Positions 38,335 through 51,826 of a stretch of 64,000 bases of DNA are shown piece by piece. The DNA is taken from positions 48,621,308-48,685,307 of the forward strand of contig NC_068982.1 of the NCBI RefSeq assembly GCF_001194135.2, written 5' to 3'. Position 1 is the first letter of the stretch; every line of letters starts with the position of its first letter. A program made the position numbers and the translations under genes. Origin of the DNA: Octopus bimaculoides. Taxonomy: Eukaryota. The notes beneath the pieces were generated by a model that saw only the letters and a list, made by a program, of their open reading frames with translations, ran no database searches and was not told the DNA's origin.

Positions 38335-38645
38335 GTTGGGCCTCACAGAGGCAACGATAAATGACTGAGACCTTTGGCATTGTGCTGTGCTTGAGAAGAA
38401 GACCCATCAAACCAAGTGAAATTGTTGTCCTGGCAGATACTGGTGTCACACAAATGGCACCCATGCCGGTGACATGTAAAAGTACCCATTACATTCTTGG
38501 AATGGTTGGTGTTAAGAAGGGCATCCAGCTTTAGAAATCATGCTAAATCAGACTACAGCCTGGTACAGCCTTCTAGTTTACCAGCCCTGGTCAAACCATC
38601 CAACCCATGCCAGCATGGACAATGGACCTTAAATCATGATGATAT
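38335..38645 (+). mobile_element. RTE LINE 3' UTR fragment
   Basis: GACCTTTGGCATTGTGCTGTGCTTGAGAAGAAGACC...AAGAAGGGCATCCAGC...CCAACCCATGCCAGCATGGA...TAAATCATGATGAT. Confidence 0.7.
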
Positions 38646-38965
38646 GACACTCAGTCAGTTATGATGATCAGTGTTCCAGTTGATCTAATCAACAGAATAA
38701 TCTACTCATGAAATCAATGTGCAACTGGTTGAGCACTCCACAAACAAGCATATCTTTAATGTACTTCTCAGGGAGATTCAGCATGATATAGAACGTGGCA
38801 AGTATAGCCTTTTGACTCACAGGTACTATTCATTCTTGTCAGTTGAGTGGACTGGAGCAACATGAAATAAAGTGTCTTGCACAAAGATACAACACAGCGC
38901 CAGGAATCGAACTCATGATTTTATTGATTGTTAGCTGAATACCCTAACCACAAAACCCGCATGCT
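38646..38965 (-). mobile_element. SINE family 3
   Basis: Matches 3146-3450 and the reverse complement of 49991-50211. Confidence 0.7.
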
Positions 38966-38974
38966 TTCACATAT

Positions 38975-39012
<38 letters not shown>

Positions 39013-41552
39013 TTAGAAAGAAAAGGAAATAGACACTTTGACAGTCTTCCATCTATCACATTTTGATCAGCCATGTTATAAATTAGCCCACAGTATGACA
39101 GCTGTTTCTCTTTGTCAAAATTAGGCTATACATATTATACTGGTATAATATGATATTCCGTTATCTCACAGATACCTTGTAATTCATTTAGCCTATACCA
39201 GATAAACTATTCTTTTACTATCTAACTTCATTAAGTATTAGATTTCCATTCAATATTATTCTGAGAATTAACCCTAAGGATATGAATACTTGTAAATTAA
39301 TAGTGAAAATTTTTCATTTGACTGATATATGAAAATATTAGCACTAATATCACACATCATCTTTACGTATAAAAGGCCAAGTCATGTGTTATCATATTTT
39401 CTTTGTTGGTCTCAAAGAATTGTTGTATAGGAATATAGGAGGAAAAAGTAGTAGCTGTACTGAGACAAGCAGAAGACAGAAAAAGAATTATAAAAAGAGA
39501 AGAATTAGATAGATATATGAATAAATAAGTTGAAAATCCACAGAGTGAGATTGAAGAAATAGTAAATAGTCTCCAACAGTTAGATGAGCAGTGAAATACA
39601 GAAAGAGTGAGGATGTAAGGGATAACATTATTAAGTAATAAAATAAGGGAAAAAGAACTGAAAAGAAGAAACTTAGAGCTCAACAGTGGGGGGTGGAAGT
39701 AATTAGAAAGGTTATCTATAGAGAGTAAATAGATGATAGAGAAAATGACAGAGAAAGAGAAAAGGAAAACTGAGAATGATATTGAAATTTAGTGGGAGGA
39801 ATGAAATAATAGGAGGCAGATTTTGACTCACAATAGTAAGACAGACATATAAGAAATAATGAAATATGTGAATAAATGAGTGAGAAAAAGAGTGTAAGAA
39901 TAAAGTATAATTTTGAATGAAAATATCTGGTAATTGCAAGCCAAACAGTCCTGCAGAAACTGTTCAAGTTGGAACTTCATAAAGAAGACAAAGATATATC
40001 AAGAAGTGAATATTCTCCATGAACTGGAGAGAAATGCTGCAAACCAACAAAAAGCACAGAAAGCAACAGATGTAAGGATTGAGATAAAAAGTATTAAAAT
40101 AACTGAAAGAAGACAAAATGAAATGCAAGAAGGAAATAGAGTAATGCTTGAAGCAGAATAATTATGAAAGGAGGCAAAAATAAACCATCATTTTTGACAA
40201 GTATAACACAAATACAGAAAAAGTAAGTAAATGGAGATTCATTGTTTTCTATGATAAATATTCAGTTATTTGATCAAATGAGAAGCTCTTCCTTAAATTA
40301 GCTTGCAAATGGCTGAATATCGTACAAACATGTGTACCCATAACTTAATTCTCTGGCAGAATCAACATTATAATGTGTGACAAGATTATTAAGCTTTAGA
40401 ATGTATAAACACACAAAAATACATACACATGCATGTATACCCAAGTAAAAGTCAGTTTTATGTAAATGTCGGCATCTTTGTATTTGGTTAAAACATCTGG
40501 AATTTCTAAGATACTGAGAATAGTTTACCACAATTGTTCATCAAGAAATAACAGATCGATATTTGCTGGTATTATCTTATATGTAAGTATTAAGAAACTA
40601 AATCTTTTTGCTGATACTATTATGTTTCCATGTACAACAGTGAAACACCATCAGATATCTTAAGTTCATTGAGAAAAGGAGACGTGATCAAGAAATGCAC
40701 ATAAACACATATTCATCATCCTGTATCATTATTTTAACATCTGTTTTCCCATGCTTGCATGGGTCAGATAAGATCTTGTTGAAGTCCATCTTTGGCTGAA
40801 TGCCCTTTCTGTTGTCAGTCCTCGCTTGTTTCCAAGCCAAGCAAGGTAATAATTCCTTTAGTTTGTCCAACAATGAACAGCCTGGACATGCTTTTGTGGG
40901 TGATAGTAGACAAGGGATACCATATGTATGAATAATAAACTGAAAGGTCATAGCAGGAATGTCCTTGATTATAGATCTACTCAGCCAAAGCTGATCTGGG
41001 GCTAATCATACCATCTTAAAAAAATAAAAAATAATAACAAACTGACTAATGTAGAACCAGATAAATTAGACAAATTATGTCTGAATTCAAAACAGGATGG
41101 TCATGGCTGGAATGTCTTTAACTACAGAGAATTGCTGATCTGGGCTTAAACCACAACCTCAATAGAATTACTGAGTCTAGATTTAAAGAATTAAATGACA
41201 GTTCAGATAATCTATGATACATGTCAGGTCTTTCTTTTAGTTAAATTCTTCCAAGTAATAAAATTAAACATTACAAATACCACTATCATGATGAATTGTT
41301 TAATGATCTCACTAGCATATCAGACAAAATGCTGTTAAGCGTTACTTCTGACTATTTATGTTCTGAGTTCAAATCCTACCACAGTTGACTTTGCCTTTCA
41401 TTCATTCTGGGTCAGTAAAATAAGTACCAGTCAAGCACTGGTGTTAATGCAATTGACTTAACCCTTCTCTCTAAAAATTTCTGGCCTTGTGCCATAACTT
41501 AAAAGCCCTTATTAAGGTTAACATTAAGGCTGCAAGATGGCAGAATTGTTAG

Positions 41553-41789
41553 ACAAGAGGCGGCGAGCTGGCACAATTGTTAGCACGCCGGACGAAATGC
41601 TTAGCGGTATTTCGTCTGCCATAATGTTCTGAGTTCAAATTCCGCCGAGGTCGACTTTGCCTTTCATCCTTTCGGGGTCGATAAATAAAGTACCAGTTAC
41701 GCACTGGGGTCAATGTAATCGACTTAATCCCTTTGTCTGTCCTTGTTTGTCCCCTCTATGTTTAGCCCCTTGTGGGCAATAAAGAAATA
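41553..41789 (+). mobile_element. Young SINE family 2 copy with 11-bp target-site duplication, nested in an older family-2 copy
   Basis: AGAATTGTTAG at 41542-41552 and 41790-41800; insert is CpG-rich (GGCGGCGAGCTGGC...GAGTTCAAATTCCGCCGAGGTCGAC); host SINE resumes after 41800. Confidence 0.88.
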
Positions 41790-42349
41790 AGAATTGTTAG
41801 CATGTCAGGCAAAATGCTTAGTGGCATTTCTTCCAACTCTACATTCAAACTCAGCCAAGACTGACTTAGCCGTAAATCCATTTTTCATGGGGTAGGGGGT
41901 TGAGGTGGGAGCTGAGATAAAACGAAGTGCTAATCATGTACCGGGGTTGAAGAAATTGACTTACTACCTTCCCTGAAATTGCTGGCCTTGTGCTAAAATT
42001 TGAAACCACCACCACCACCATCCTCATCATCATTTTATATTCATTTCCCATGCTGGCATGGGTTGTATGGGTTGTCACAAGCATATATTTGTGGAGAAGA
42101 GATTTAGTCAGCTGATTCAACACCAATATATGATTAATATTTATTTCATCAACATCCCCTTGTAGATGAAAGGTTTAGGCAACCCTGGAAGTATCTGAAC
42201 TTTAAATACAAATCACAATAAATAAATATTACATATGGCAAGGCACTTAGTTTTGGATCCTCTGCTGTTTTGTGCCAAAGCAATTACACATGACACTTGA
42301 CAGCTAGAGATAAATGAAGAAAAATGCAGACACAGACACACACACATAC

Positions 42350-42430
<81 letters not shown>

Positions 42431-42719
42431 TACATGTATATGAGTGTACATGTATATAAATATATATATATCTGTTGCAGACATATTTCAGTATAGTTGT
42501 AGCAGGAGGAAAATATATAGATGAGAATACTGGTGCTGATAATAATGGTATAGGGGCAATGATGATGTTGATAATGATGATCAACATCAAGGAGAAGCTG
42601 ATGATTATGACACATGCCTTCATTTACAAGCACAATGACACACACACACACATATAAAAGAAGCACGTGTATATAAATATGAACACGCACATACACACAC
42701 ATAAATAAACCATGTGTAT

Positions 42720-42811
42720 NNNNNNNNNNNNNNNNNNNNNNNNNNNNNNNNNNNNNNNNNNNNNNNNNNNNNNNNNNNNNNNNNNNNNNNNNNNNNNNNN
42801 NNNNNNNNNNN
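42720..42811. other. Assembly gap beside (TA)n
   Basis: Run of N. Confidence 1.
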
Positions 42812-43149
42812 ATATATATATATATATATAAATGCCAACAACTTTAAAGAAGCTTCAAATGGCAGTCCTACAATCTAATATGAAAAACAAAAACAAAAAA
42901 AAATGACCAAACAAAAGAAGCAATTTAAGTTAGAATTTGTTAGCATATGAAAAACAATTCCAATGTTCCGTGTCCCACCATCATCACTGATGAAGTTTGT
43001 GCCAAACAATAAATCAAATTCATATAGCAGAGACACCAGTGGAGTCTGAATATACCAATATGTCAAAGTAAGTCAAGATAAAAATAAATAATCAATGCGA
43101 TGCTGCTAGATTTTTCTTAAGATGCTGTTACAGATTGCCACTCAAAAAA

Positions 43150-43655
43150 ATTCAGTAAATACAATATTCACACATACACACACACATATGCATACACACA
43201 TATATATGCATATATATACATATATATATATGCATGCACATAAATATGCATATATATATGCACACATTTACACATTTTCACAAATGCACACACATGTACA
43301 AAGATAAATATGCGCACATACATTCATACACACACACACATGCATGCATACACATTTACACATATTTGCACATATACACACACACGTAACGATAAATATG
43401 CATATATACATAGATATATGTTTACACTTATTCTCAAACACAAGCACACACATACACACATGTACGAAGATAAATATGCACACACACACAGTCACAAACA
43501 CTCACGCACATACACACACACACATTTACACACATGCATGCACACTCTTTTGTACACACATAAATATGCATATTCATATTGTTACATTTGCACATATTCA
43601 CACAAACACATACGTACAAAGATAAATCCGAACACACACACACACACACACACTG
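43150..43655. repeat. Degenerate (CA)/(TA) low-complexity field
   Basis: Direct reading; source of His/Thr-rich ORFs. Confidence 0.85.
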
Positions 43656-44640
43656 TTTCTCCTTCTATCTTCTTTTTCAGCTTCTTGCTTCATCTCCCTT
43701 AATTTTCTTACACACTTAGTTCACTCATATAACAATACTGCTGTCTGACTCTGTGTGTGTGTCTCTCTCTTATGCATATCCATCCATTCTCTTACACACT
43801 GTCACATTCACTATTACATCAAAATGTACAAACATACAAATATGTCTACATCTGTGAATCATTGTGTATGTGTGCGTGTGTGTCTCTGTGTATGTAATTA
43901 GTTATAAATATGCATAAATATGCACATAAGCTTACTACAATGGAATATCTTATCTATGACTTTCAGCAAATTCTTCTCTTAATCTGTAATTGATGTTCCC
44001 CTGCTTATAATGCTTATAATTCTGTTAATATTTAATAAACATGTCATGAAATCTGTGCTCATTGGATGCACAGAGGAAGATTACTTTCTTTTGATCTGGA
44101 GTCTTCGAGTCTTAGTTTAGCTCTGCAGCATAGCGCAGACACTTCTTTGAGATTATATCTGTATAAAGTATATGGATTCATTACTTTCCTTGATGGATTT
44201 TTCTTGTATGCTAACAAGAATCGCTTTTCATTACAAGGTTTTATGTTATTATTGTTGTTCTCAATGTTATCATAATGTGCTGGTTAAAGTTAGGGTTAGC
44301 TCATCAAATACTAGGGAATTAACTAAAACCTCCATACAATATACATCCTTCGTCTTTGCCTCCTCCTCCTCCTCATCATCATCATCATTGTTCTTATCAT
44401 CAATTTAGTGTCTACTTTCACTATACTAGTGCTGGTTGAATAGATCAGAAACACGACATATCTTATCTTGCTTCTTCATTTGTCATGTCTGTGAGAGCCG
44501 TATTCTCAGGTCTTACCAAATCAGTTTAGTCTAGATCATTCATGGGGAAATTGCAGCCCATGGGACTTTCTAAATGGTATGCCTATCAAAATCTGATGAT
44601 GAGCCATGTCTCATGCAGCCTGTTTCTTGATAATAAGCTA

Positions 44641-44925
44641 GATGCAGGTATAGCTGTGTGGTAAGAAGCTTGTTTCCCAACTACATGATCCCAGGCTCAG
44701 TCCTATTGCATGGCACCTTGGGCAAGTGTCTTCCACTGTAGCCCCAGGCCAATCAAAGTCCTGTGAGTGGATTTGGTAGGTGGAAACTGAAAGAAGCCCA
44801 TCATATGTATAAGTGTGTGTGTGTGTGTTTGTCTTTGCGTCAGCATTCATCTTCCACCACCAGTTGACAACCAGTGCTGGTTTGTTTACATCCCCATATC
44901 TTAGCAGTTTGGCAAAAAGAGACCT
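44641..44925 (+). mobile_element. SINE family 1
   Basis: Head GCAGGTATAGCTGTGTGGTAAGAAGC; GGCACCTTGGGCAAGTGTCTT. Confidence 0.78.
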
Positions 44926-45532
44926 TTTAGGATTGATAAAATAAGTACAAGTTGAGAACTGGAGTCAATGTAATCGACTAGCCATTTAAATTGCCGGCCT
45001 AGTGTCAAAATTTGAAACCAATATATGAATGATACCCAAACCTTTTCTAAGTCTTGCCCCAACTAAAGAAGTGTTTAAATAATTTTCACACAATCTACAA
45101 AAGTAATATCCCAACTTTTAATAACTAATGTATAAAAGCTTAACCCCATACAGTACTGATGAATAAAAATAGATTTTGGCATGTTTAATAGGGAAAAGAT
45201 AATTCTAAGAGTAAATTAAATACTTTTATTCCGAAAAATGATTTTAATAGACTAAATACTTTCTCTCTTTGCTGCATCCCTCAGGGTGTTATCTTGCATC
45301 TTAACAAGTGTAAACACTCCAAGATGGAAACTCTTGTAATATACCAACTCAGTTACTCTGGCTTTTGCAAAAGATTTTCAAAATCTGCTCTGTTCATTCA
45401 TCTATTTATTTTTTGCCACTCATTATTCTTGGAATGGTGGTTGGAGTAGAGTCCTCAGGCATCTGTTCCACAGGATCCTGTTAGAAGCAGCTGTCATTAA
45501 ACTTGCTTCATGGGTTCCCAAACATGACCAAC

Positions 45533-45571
45533 TGAGACTATAGATTGAGACTATAGATTGAGACTATGGAT
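45533..45571. repeat. 13-bp tandem repeat x3 (TGAGACTATAGAT)
   Basis: Units start at 45533, 45546 and 45559. Confidence 0.9.
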
Positions 45572-47140
45572 ATTATCCAATCATCTCATTCATGGTCTGC
45601 ATAATTCACTACTGAACTTTAAACATGTTATAAATAATAGCAACGACTGTTAACTATACTATTACAGAAATCTTTGAAGATAAAAAAAAAGAAAACAAAG
45701 TCAAATTAATTATTGGGTCAACTCATAAATAATGCGGAATAAGGAAAAGTAAAATTACTACTTGCTTTTATAGCAAGTTGATGCAGGTAGTTCATCTCAC
45801 CCCTCTCTGACTTTTAGTTCATGCAATTGTAAAAAACCGCATTATTTATGGGATGACCCAATATAAAAATTTTCAAAACTGAAACTGAAACATGAAGAGA
45901 ATTCCACTCTCTAGTCACAGGTCATTCATAAGATTAAGTAGAACTGAAAACTACATTAAAAGATTTTCTTTCTAAAACTCCCTTATTTTTGTTCATATCT
46001 TTTCTAGACCTTACATCATGATATTTTCTCACTTATCTCCACATGTGATCAATATATAATATCACATTAACCACAATTTAATCTCTTAGTTCCACAAAAG
46101 CTGAAGTGAAATTATGGTCTGAGCTTCTTTTTTCTGTGAATGAATACAAATAGGAACACACAGAGAATGAACTACTAAAAACTTCAAAGCAATTACACCA
46201 CAGTCTCCATTAAAATAATTGACTGACGAATTACGATGTCTTAAAAGATTAAAATGCTTGCTCAATATCATTAGAGAGTCTTTATCAAATCTATGGCATT
46301 TTCAGTAAAATTCTAAATATATCAGTAACATTTTCCTATTATGATTCGAACTACTTAACTACACTCTATGAGAGAGAAGTATTCAGCTATAGCAGTAATA
46401 ATCTCTGTAATGATACAGTTAGAAGAATTATCTAATATTGCTTTGTTTTATTCAACAGATATTTAATACCTGAGATACATGAAGAATTATCTCATTGTTT
46501 TGGTTATAAAGCAAATGATGTTATGGAGAACTTAATTGTCTTCTTCTGCAGGAAAACTTCAATATAAAACCATTACCATTAGTAGAATTACACCAACATC
46601 ACAATTCTTCTTTCATTACTATCAGTACTGCACCATTGACAGCAACATCACTGATAACATTATTCCTGTCAATATATCACTAATTCTACAACCAGTAAAC
46701 TAATTATGCTACCAATAACTCTGCTGCATTTACGACCAAAACCACAGCTCTGTAGATTACTGATACCACATAAGATTTTGCCAAGCTTTTCAACATTGTT
46801 TTGCTACAATTAATCTCTTTTGCTAAATTTAGAAGAAACATATTTAGTACATTGGAAAAGTAAATTCCAGCTAATGTGGTCCACTCCAATACATATATAT
46901 GTAAATGCAGAAACATAGATGTATAAGCACAAGACAGAATTTTATAGTTCTTTTACTTTTCTCCTCACAAGGGAGGTGAAACCTCCAGCAACATAAAAAT
47001 CAATTGTTAAGACCTGTAAATATTAGATGTGAGTGCCACAACAGAAAACTATATTACTACATAAATAATGTAAGGCTGTATTTCTCATGGAACTGGGGAA
47101 GGTTGTGAGGATTGAAATGGAAGCAGATAAATTGACCTGA

Positions 47141-47365
47141 TTAACCCTTTTGCATTCATAGTACTCTGGCAAAATATGTTTATTTTTTCTCATTGTTTTG
47201 AGTTAATCATGCATTATCTCAGAGCTTCAAGATTTTGATGATGCAATTGTTTATTTTTAGAATGACATTATAGGGTAGCTGTGAGAGGTCAGATCTGGCT
47301 GGTTTAAACATATACAAGAAGAATATATGGGCAAGAAATGGCCAGCTTAACTGCTAAGGGATTAA
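47141..47365. mobile_element. piggyBac-type MITE
   Basis: TTAA|CCCTTTTGCATTC ... TGCTAAGGGA|TTAA. Confidence 0.8.
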
Positions 47366-47580
47366 TAAAATTAAAATGGCGTTACGCTTATTAAACATGT
47401 TCAACTCCATGGCAAAGAAACAAAAATTATTAATGATTTAAATTCTGTTTTGTCTTCAAATTCACAAAATACTCATAGTAGGGTAGAAAAATTTTGCTAA
47501 TAAAACAATAAAAAAAAAATACAAGCTGGCTGGATTGTGAATGAATCAGATAAAAAAACTTAATGGCATTTCTTTTAAGT

Positions 47581-47970
47581 GCAGATATGGCTGTGTGGTA
47601 AAATGTTTGCTTCCCAACCACATGGTTCTGGGTTCAGTCCCACTGTGCAGCACCCTGGGCAAATGTTTTCTATTATAGGCTCAGGCTGACCAAATCCTTG
47701 TGAGTGGATTTGGTACATAGAAACTGAAAGAAGCTCATTATATGCATGTGTGCATGTGTGTTTGTGTCTCTCCTCCACCACTGCTTGACAAACTGTGTTG
47801 TGGTTACATCTCCATAACTTAGTGGTTCAACAAAAGATACTGATAGAATAAGTACCTGACTTTAAAGAATATAAGCATTGCGGTCAACTCATTTGGCTAA
47901 AAACCTTTCGAGGTGGTGTTCCAGCATGGCTGCAGTCTGATGATGGAAACAAGTAAAAGATAAAAGATAA
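47581..47970 (+). mobile_element. SINE family 1, full length
   Basis: Head GATATGGCTGTGTGGTAAAATG; tail GGAAACAAGTAAAAGATAAAAGATAA. Confidence 0.8.
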
Positions 47971-49589
47971 TTTTACACTACTTATTATATTTTGATGGTA
48001 GGTACCTGGTATTTATTAGTATGAAAGCTACTGCACTGAAACAAATTAACAGCACAGATCTCATTTCTTGGAGGAACTGAACTTAGCACATTGACAGGGT
48101 GGAAACACTAAGCAGTAAGGTGTATAAATACAATGTTATTACCATTTTAAAGAGACTTTGGGTACCATGAGAAATATTTTCTCCATGACAAAACATAGTG
48201 AATGGCTTTCTTGTGGGTTCAAATAAGCCCCAAGCATATTTAAACTGGTAATAACCTAGTACATTGAATGGAGACAACCTAGTACATTTCTTAAGTTCAT
48301 ATACTGTGATTGATGCCTACAGTAACAACTTATAATTTATTAACTATTTACCATTAACTAGACTGGACTGTCTGAGAGTTCAATGTCCAAGTATAGACAC
48401 AGTCCAGCATACATAACAAGATACAAATCTCTAAACTTTGGCCTGGTCATGTAACAGCTTTTAAACTGCATGTTTCATCACTACATCTATAAACAGTTAT
48501 TATCCTTTTATTTATATACACTTTTCCTCCTTTTTGATTTTATATGCTGATTATTAAGAGTCATGATAATTAAGTAAATTAACTAATGGACTTCTGATAT
48601 AAATGATACCAATTATATTACTTAGCATCCTAAATTAATTAGCCTTACTGAATTTACTTCAAACCAAGCTGAAATTCAGATAGTAGCTTCATCTTATAGT
48701 TATAATACTAATGTTACAGAAGGATATATCTATCTGGAAATTACATGCTTCAATAAATTATACAGTAGGTTAAGTTTGCAGAATCATTAAATCCATGCAC
48801 AAAAAGAAAACAAATACAAAATGTAAAAAAAAAAAAAAATGTACCAAAAGAAAAAATAAAAGAAATGAATTAAAAACAGTCTTGAAACTTTTTTTCATTA
48901 ATCTTTGTATTTATTGATCAAGAATGGGTCCAAAGCAGCTGCTTATACTGTTTTACCATATTCCTTTATATTTCAAACAGTTTCTTTTCTTGTCTTTGAC
49001 ATTAGCTTGTAATTAACTTTCACTAAGATATTGATTTAGCGTTTCTCTTGTGAAACACAGAAAAGGCAACCAAAAACCAAAATCAAATTAAATTACAAAA
49101 GATAAATGTATATTCAAAAGACAAAATAAAGAATAAGAGAACAAGGAATGAAAGGAGAATTGGAAAGATACATGAATAAAAATTGAATAAAAAAATATAT
49201 GTTCAACTGTAGTAACAAGAACTAGAATGACAATGAAAACAGGAACTAAAAGAAAAAGTTAAAAAAAAAGAAACAAACAAATAAGTTTTAATGTATTCAT
49301 TTAAGAACAAATTTGGATTTTCACTTTGAACACTAATTAGAACTAAGAAAAAAAAATGATTAAAAAATACACTAATGAGAGAAAAGAGATAAATAAACTG
49401 GGGGAGAAAGATTAAAGAATTAAAATAAGAAAAGAGAGAGAGAATATACTACTGAAGTACATAGAGAATATATTTGTGTAAAATAAAAAAAGAGCAGAGA
49501 GAGAACTTGTTGAATATTTGTTGGAGAAACAACAGTAAATGCTAGAGATAAAACAGGAAGGGAATAAAATGTGTGCAATTGTATGATTT

Positions 49590-49624
<35 letters not shown>

Positions 49625-49654
49625 ATCTATGCATGTGCGTGTGCCTGTGTAAGC

Positions 49655-49697
<43 letters not shown>

Positions 49698-49990
49698 TAT
49701 AATTATATAAATATACGTATAAGCACTCATACTCATCCACCTCTCTCTCTCACTATCTCAATATAGATATATTAATTTTTTTAATGTAATACCAAACATT
49801 AAAACAGACAAACATTAACACATATTTAAGAGATGTATGGAATATATTTTTACCAGAAAAAGAATGATAGTGAGTCTGAAATTTTGAGGTTTCACTGGAG
49901 CCTCTTTTCCACAGACAATTTGAGGAAGCTGCTTCACAGCAAAACTTTGCAATCACTATCAACCTTTATCTTGTGAGTATACACATCTTG

Positions 49991-50211
49991 CACCACAACT
50001 TTCTCTGACTCTTTCTTCCTGTTTCTGTTGTGCCTGTAATTCAAAGGGTCAGCCTTGTCACACTGTGTCACGCTGAATATCCCTGAGAACTATGTTAAGG
50101 GTACACGTGTCTGTGGAGTGCTCAGCCACTTGCACGTTAATTTCACGAGCAGGCTGTTCTGTTAATCGGATCAACTGGAACCCTCGACGTCGTAAGCGAC
50201 GGAGTGCCAAC
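49991..50211 (+). mobile_element. SINE 3' part (family 3 tail), young
   Basis: CpG-rich tail CCCTCGACGTCGTAAGCGACGGAGTGCCAAC followed by (CA)n. Confidence 0.75.
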
Positions 50212-50316
50212 ACACACATACACATCCACACACACACAAATATAAAAGGGAGATGAATACCATTCCTCCATGTCATTGGCTTGAAAAATTGTTAAGATAT
50301 TTTTCTTAACATGAAA

Positions 50317-50418
<102 letters not shown>

Positions 50419-50472
50419 GAAATACAGATACATACACACAAATATATGCATGCATACATACGTACACATTCA

Positions 50473-50810
50473 GAGGAAGAACTGCCCTGATGTATACATC
50501 AAAGGCATGTCAGAACCAGAAGGTATTCACACCTCTAAAACAAGAAATACTGGTGGAACACCCCAATAAAAACATCAATTCAGTGCAAACATAATAGACC
50601 TGATATTGTTCTGTGGGACAGGAAACAAAACTTATACACTGTTGTAGAGAGGTCAGCTGCCCAATAAATGTGAACATACAATCAAAAATCTAGGAAAAAG
50701 AGGACGTTTATAGTGAATTAATGAAGAATTTACAGCTCTTGTACTTTGACTGTGAATCTGTACTTATCATGATAGGTGCATTAGGCTATGTACCAACAAA
50801 TTTGGTACAT
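50473..50810 (+). mobile_element. R4/Dong-type non-LTR retrotransposon, restriction-like endonuclease (REL) fragment
   Basis: With frameshifts: [82 protein letters not shown]. Contains the NRPD...VEVSCP...EK...Y..L...IGALG signature of REL domains. Confidence 0.85.
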
Positions 50811-51768
50811 ATTCTGGGTTCAAATGCTGCCAGAGGCAACTTTATATTTTATCAGTTCAGGGCCAATAAAATAAGTACCAGTTGAGTACTGGGGTCGATG
50901 TAATCAACATAGCCCCTCCCACAAATTGCTAACCTTGTGCCAAAATTTGAAACCAACATTTTAATGGCTAAATCATTTTGTAGATATATTTCAATTGGTT
51001 TTTGGAAGGAGAAGTGGAAAAACATTTTCCATACAGAGAGACTGATTTTCTAAGAAAGCGAAAATGGTCTTAAATTGAATCAAATTGAGCAATTTTTTTA
51101 GTCTGTGGTACAAATAATACAACTAATGTATCTTTAATTCAAAACCTTCAGCTCTTCAAATTATTACTTCAATCATATTGACTTCCTTCTTCCGTCCACC
51201 TACCACTCTATTCTAAAATGCTGAAATATCTCTCTTTTTCTTTGCCAGTAAAATCAGATATGAAATAGTCTGAAGTCGTATTAAGGCTGTTAATCTGCTA
51301 CTAATTCGTATAATGATAAACACAAATCTGTCAGTAGTTGGATAAGATTAAAAAACAGAAATACTTATGAAAAGCACAGGTGCATATTTATTCTGTATCA
51401 GCACATAATTTATTTCTCTACACTGCCTTATTTATTCTACCAAGAACTTTTTGTTTGACATAAATCACATTTCTTTTACTATATTTTGTCTTTTAGCTTT
51501 TACCAGGTTTTGTCTGTGGCCATACTAGGGCACTACCTTAAAGGAATTTAGTCAAACAAATTGACCCTAGTACTTATATTGTTTAAAGCCTGGTACTTAT
51601 TCTATCATTCTCTTATGCCAAACTGCTAAGTTGTGGAAACATAAAGAAACCAGTTGTCAAGTAGTGTCTGTCCCCACCATCACTTGACAACTGGAGGTAA
51701 CAAACACACAGGCACACACACACACCTATACACATATCTTCATGTATATATATATTTATGTGTGTGTG

Positions 51769-51826
<58 letters not shown>

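Noticed and set aside
39440-40160. Purine-rich stretch with a possible IIGG-DF (APE endonuclease GDFN) trace and ORF 39934-40161
   Set aside because: Too many stops and only one ambiguous motif; low complexity explains the open frames.
40400-40660. Minus frame ..LEIPDVLTKYKDADIYIKLTFT resembling a PLE thumb region
   Set aside because: Single weak resemblance, no upstream catalytic motif.
42980-43015. CTGATGAA-GTTTG-TGC-CAAAC hammerhead-like start
   Set aside because: Followed by AATA rather than GAAA; no stem III or cleavage triplet.
44286-44300. TTAGGG telomere-like motif
   Set aside because: Single occurrence, no array.
44060-48280. Further exon-like minus-strand pieces near 44100-44175, 46760-46815 and 48140-48250, and one at 28168-28235
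   Set aside because: Peptides not recognised and splice phases do not chain with each other or with the other candidates.
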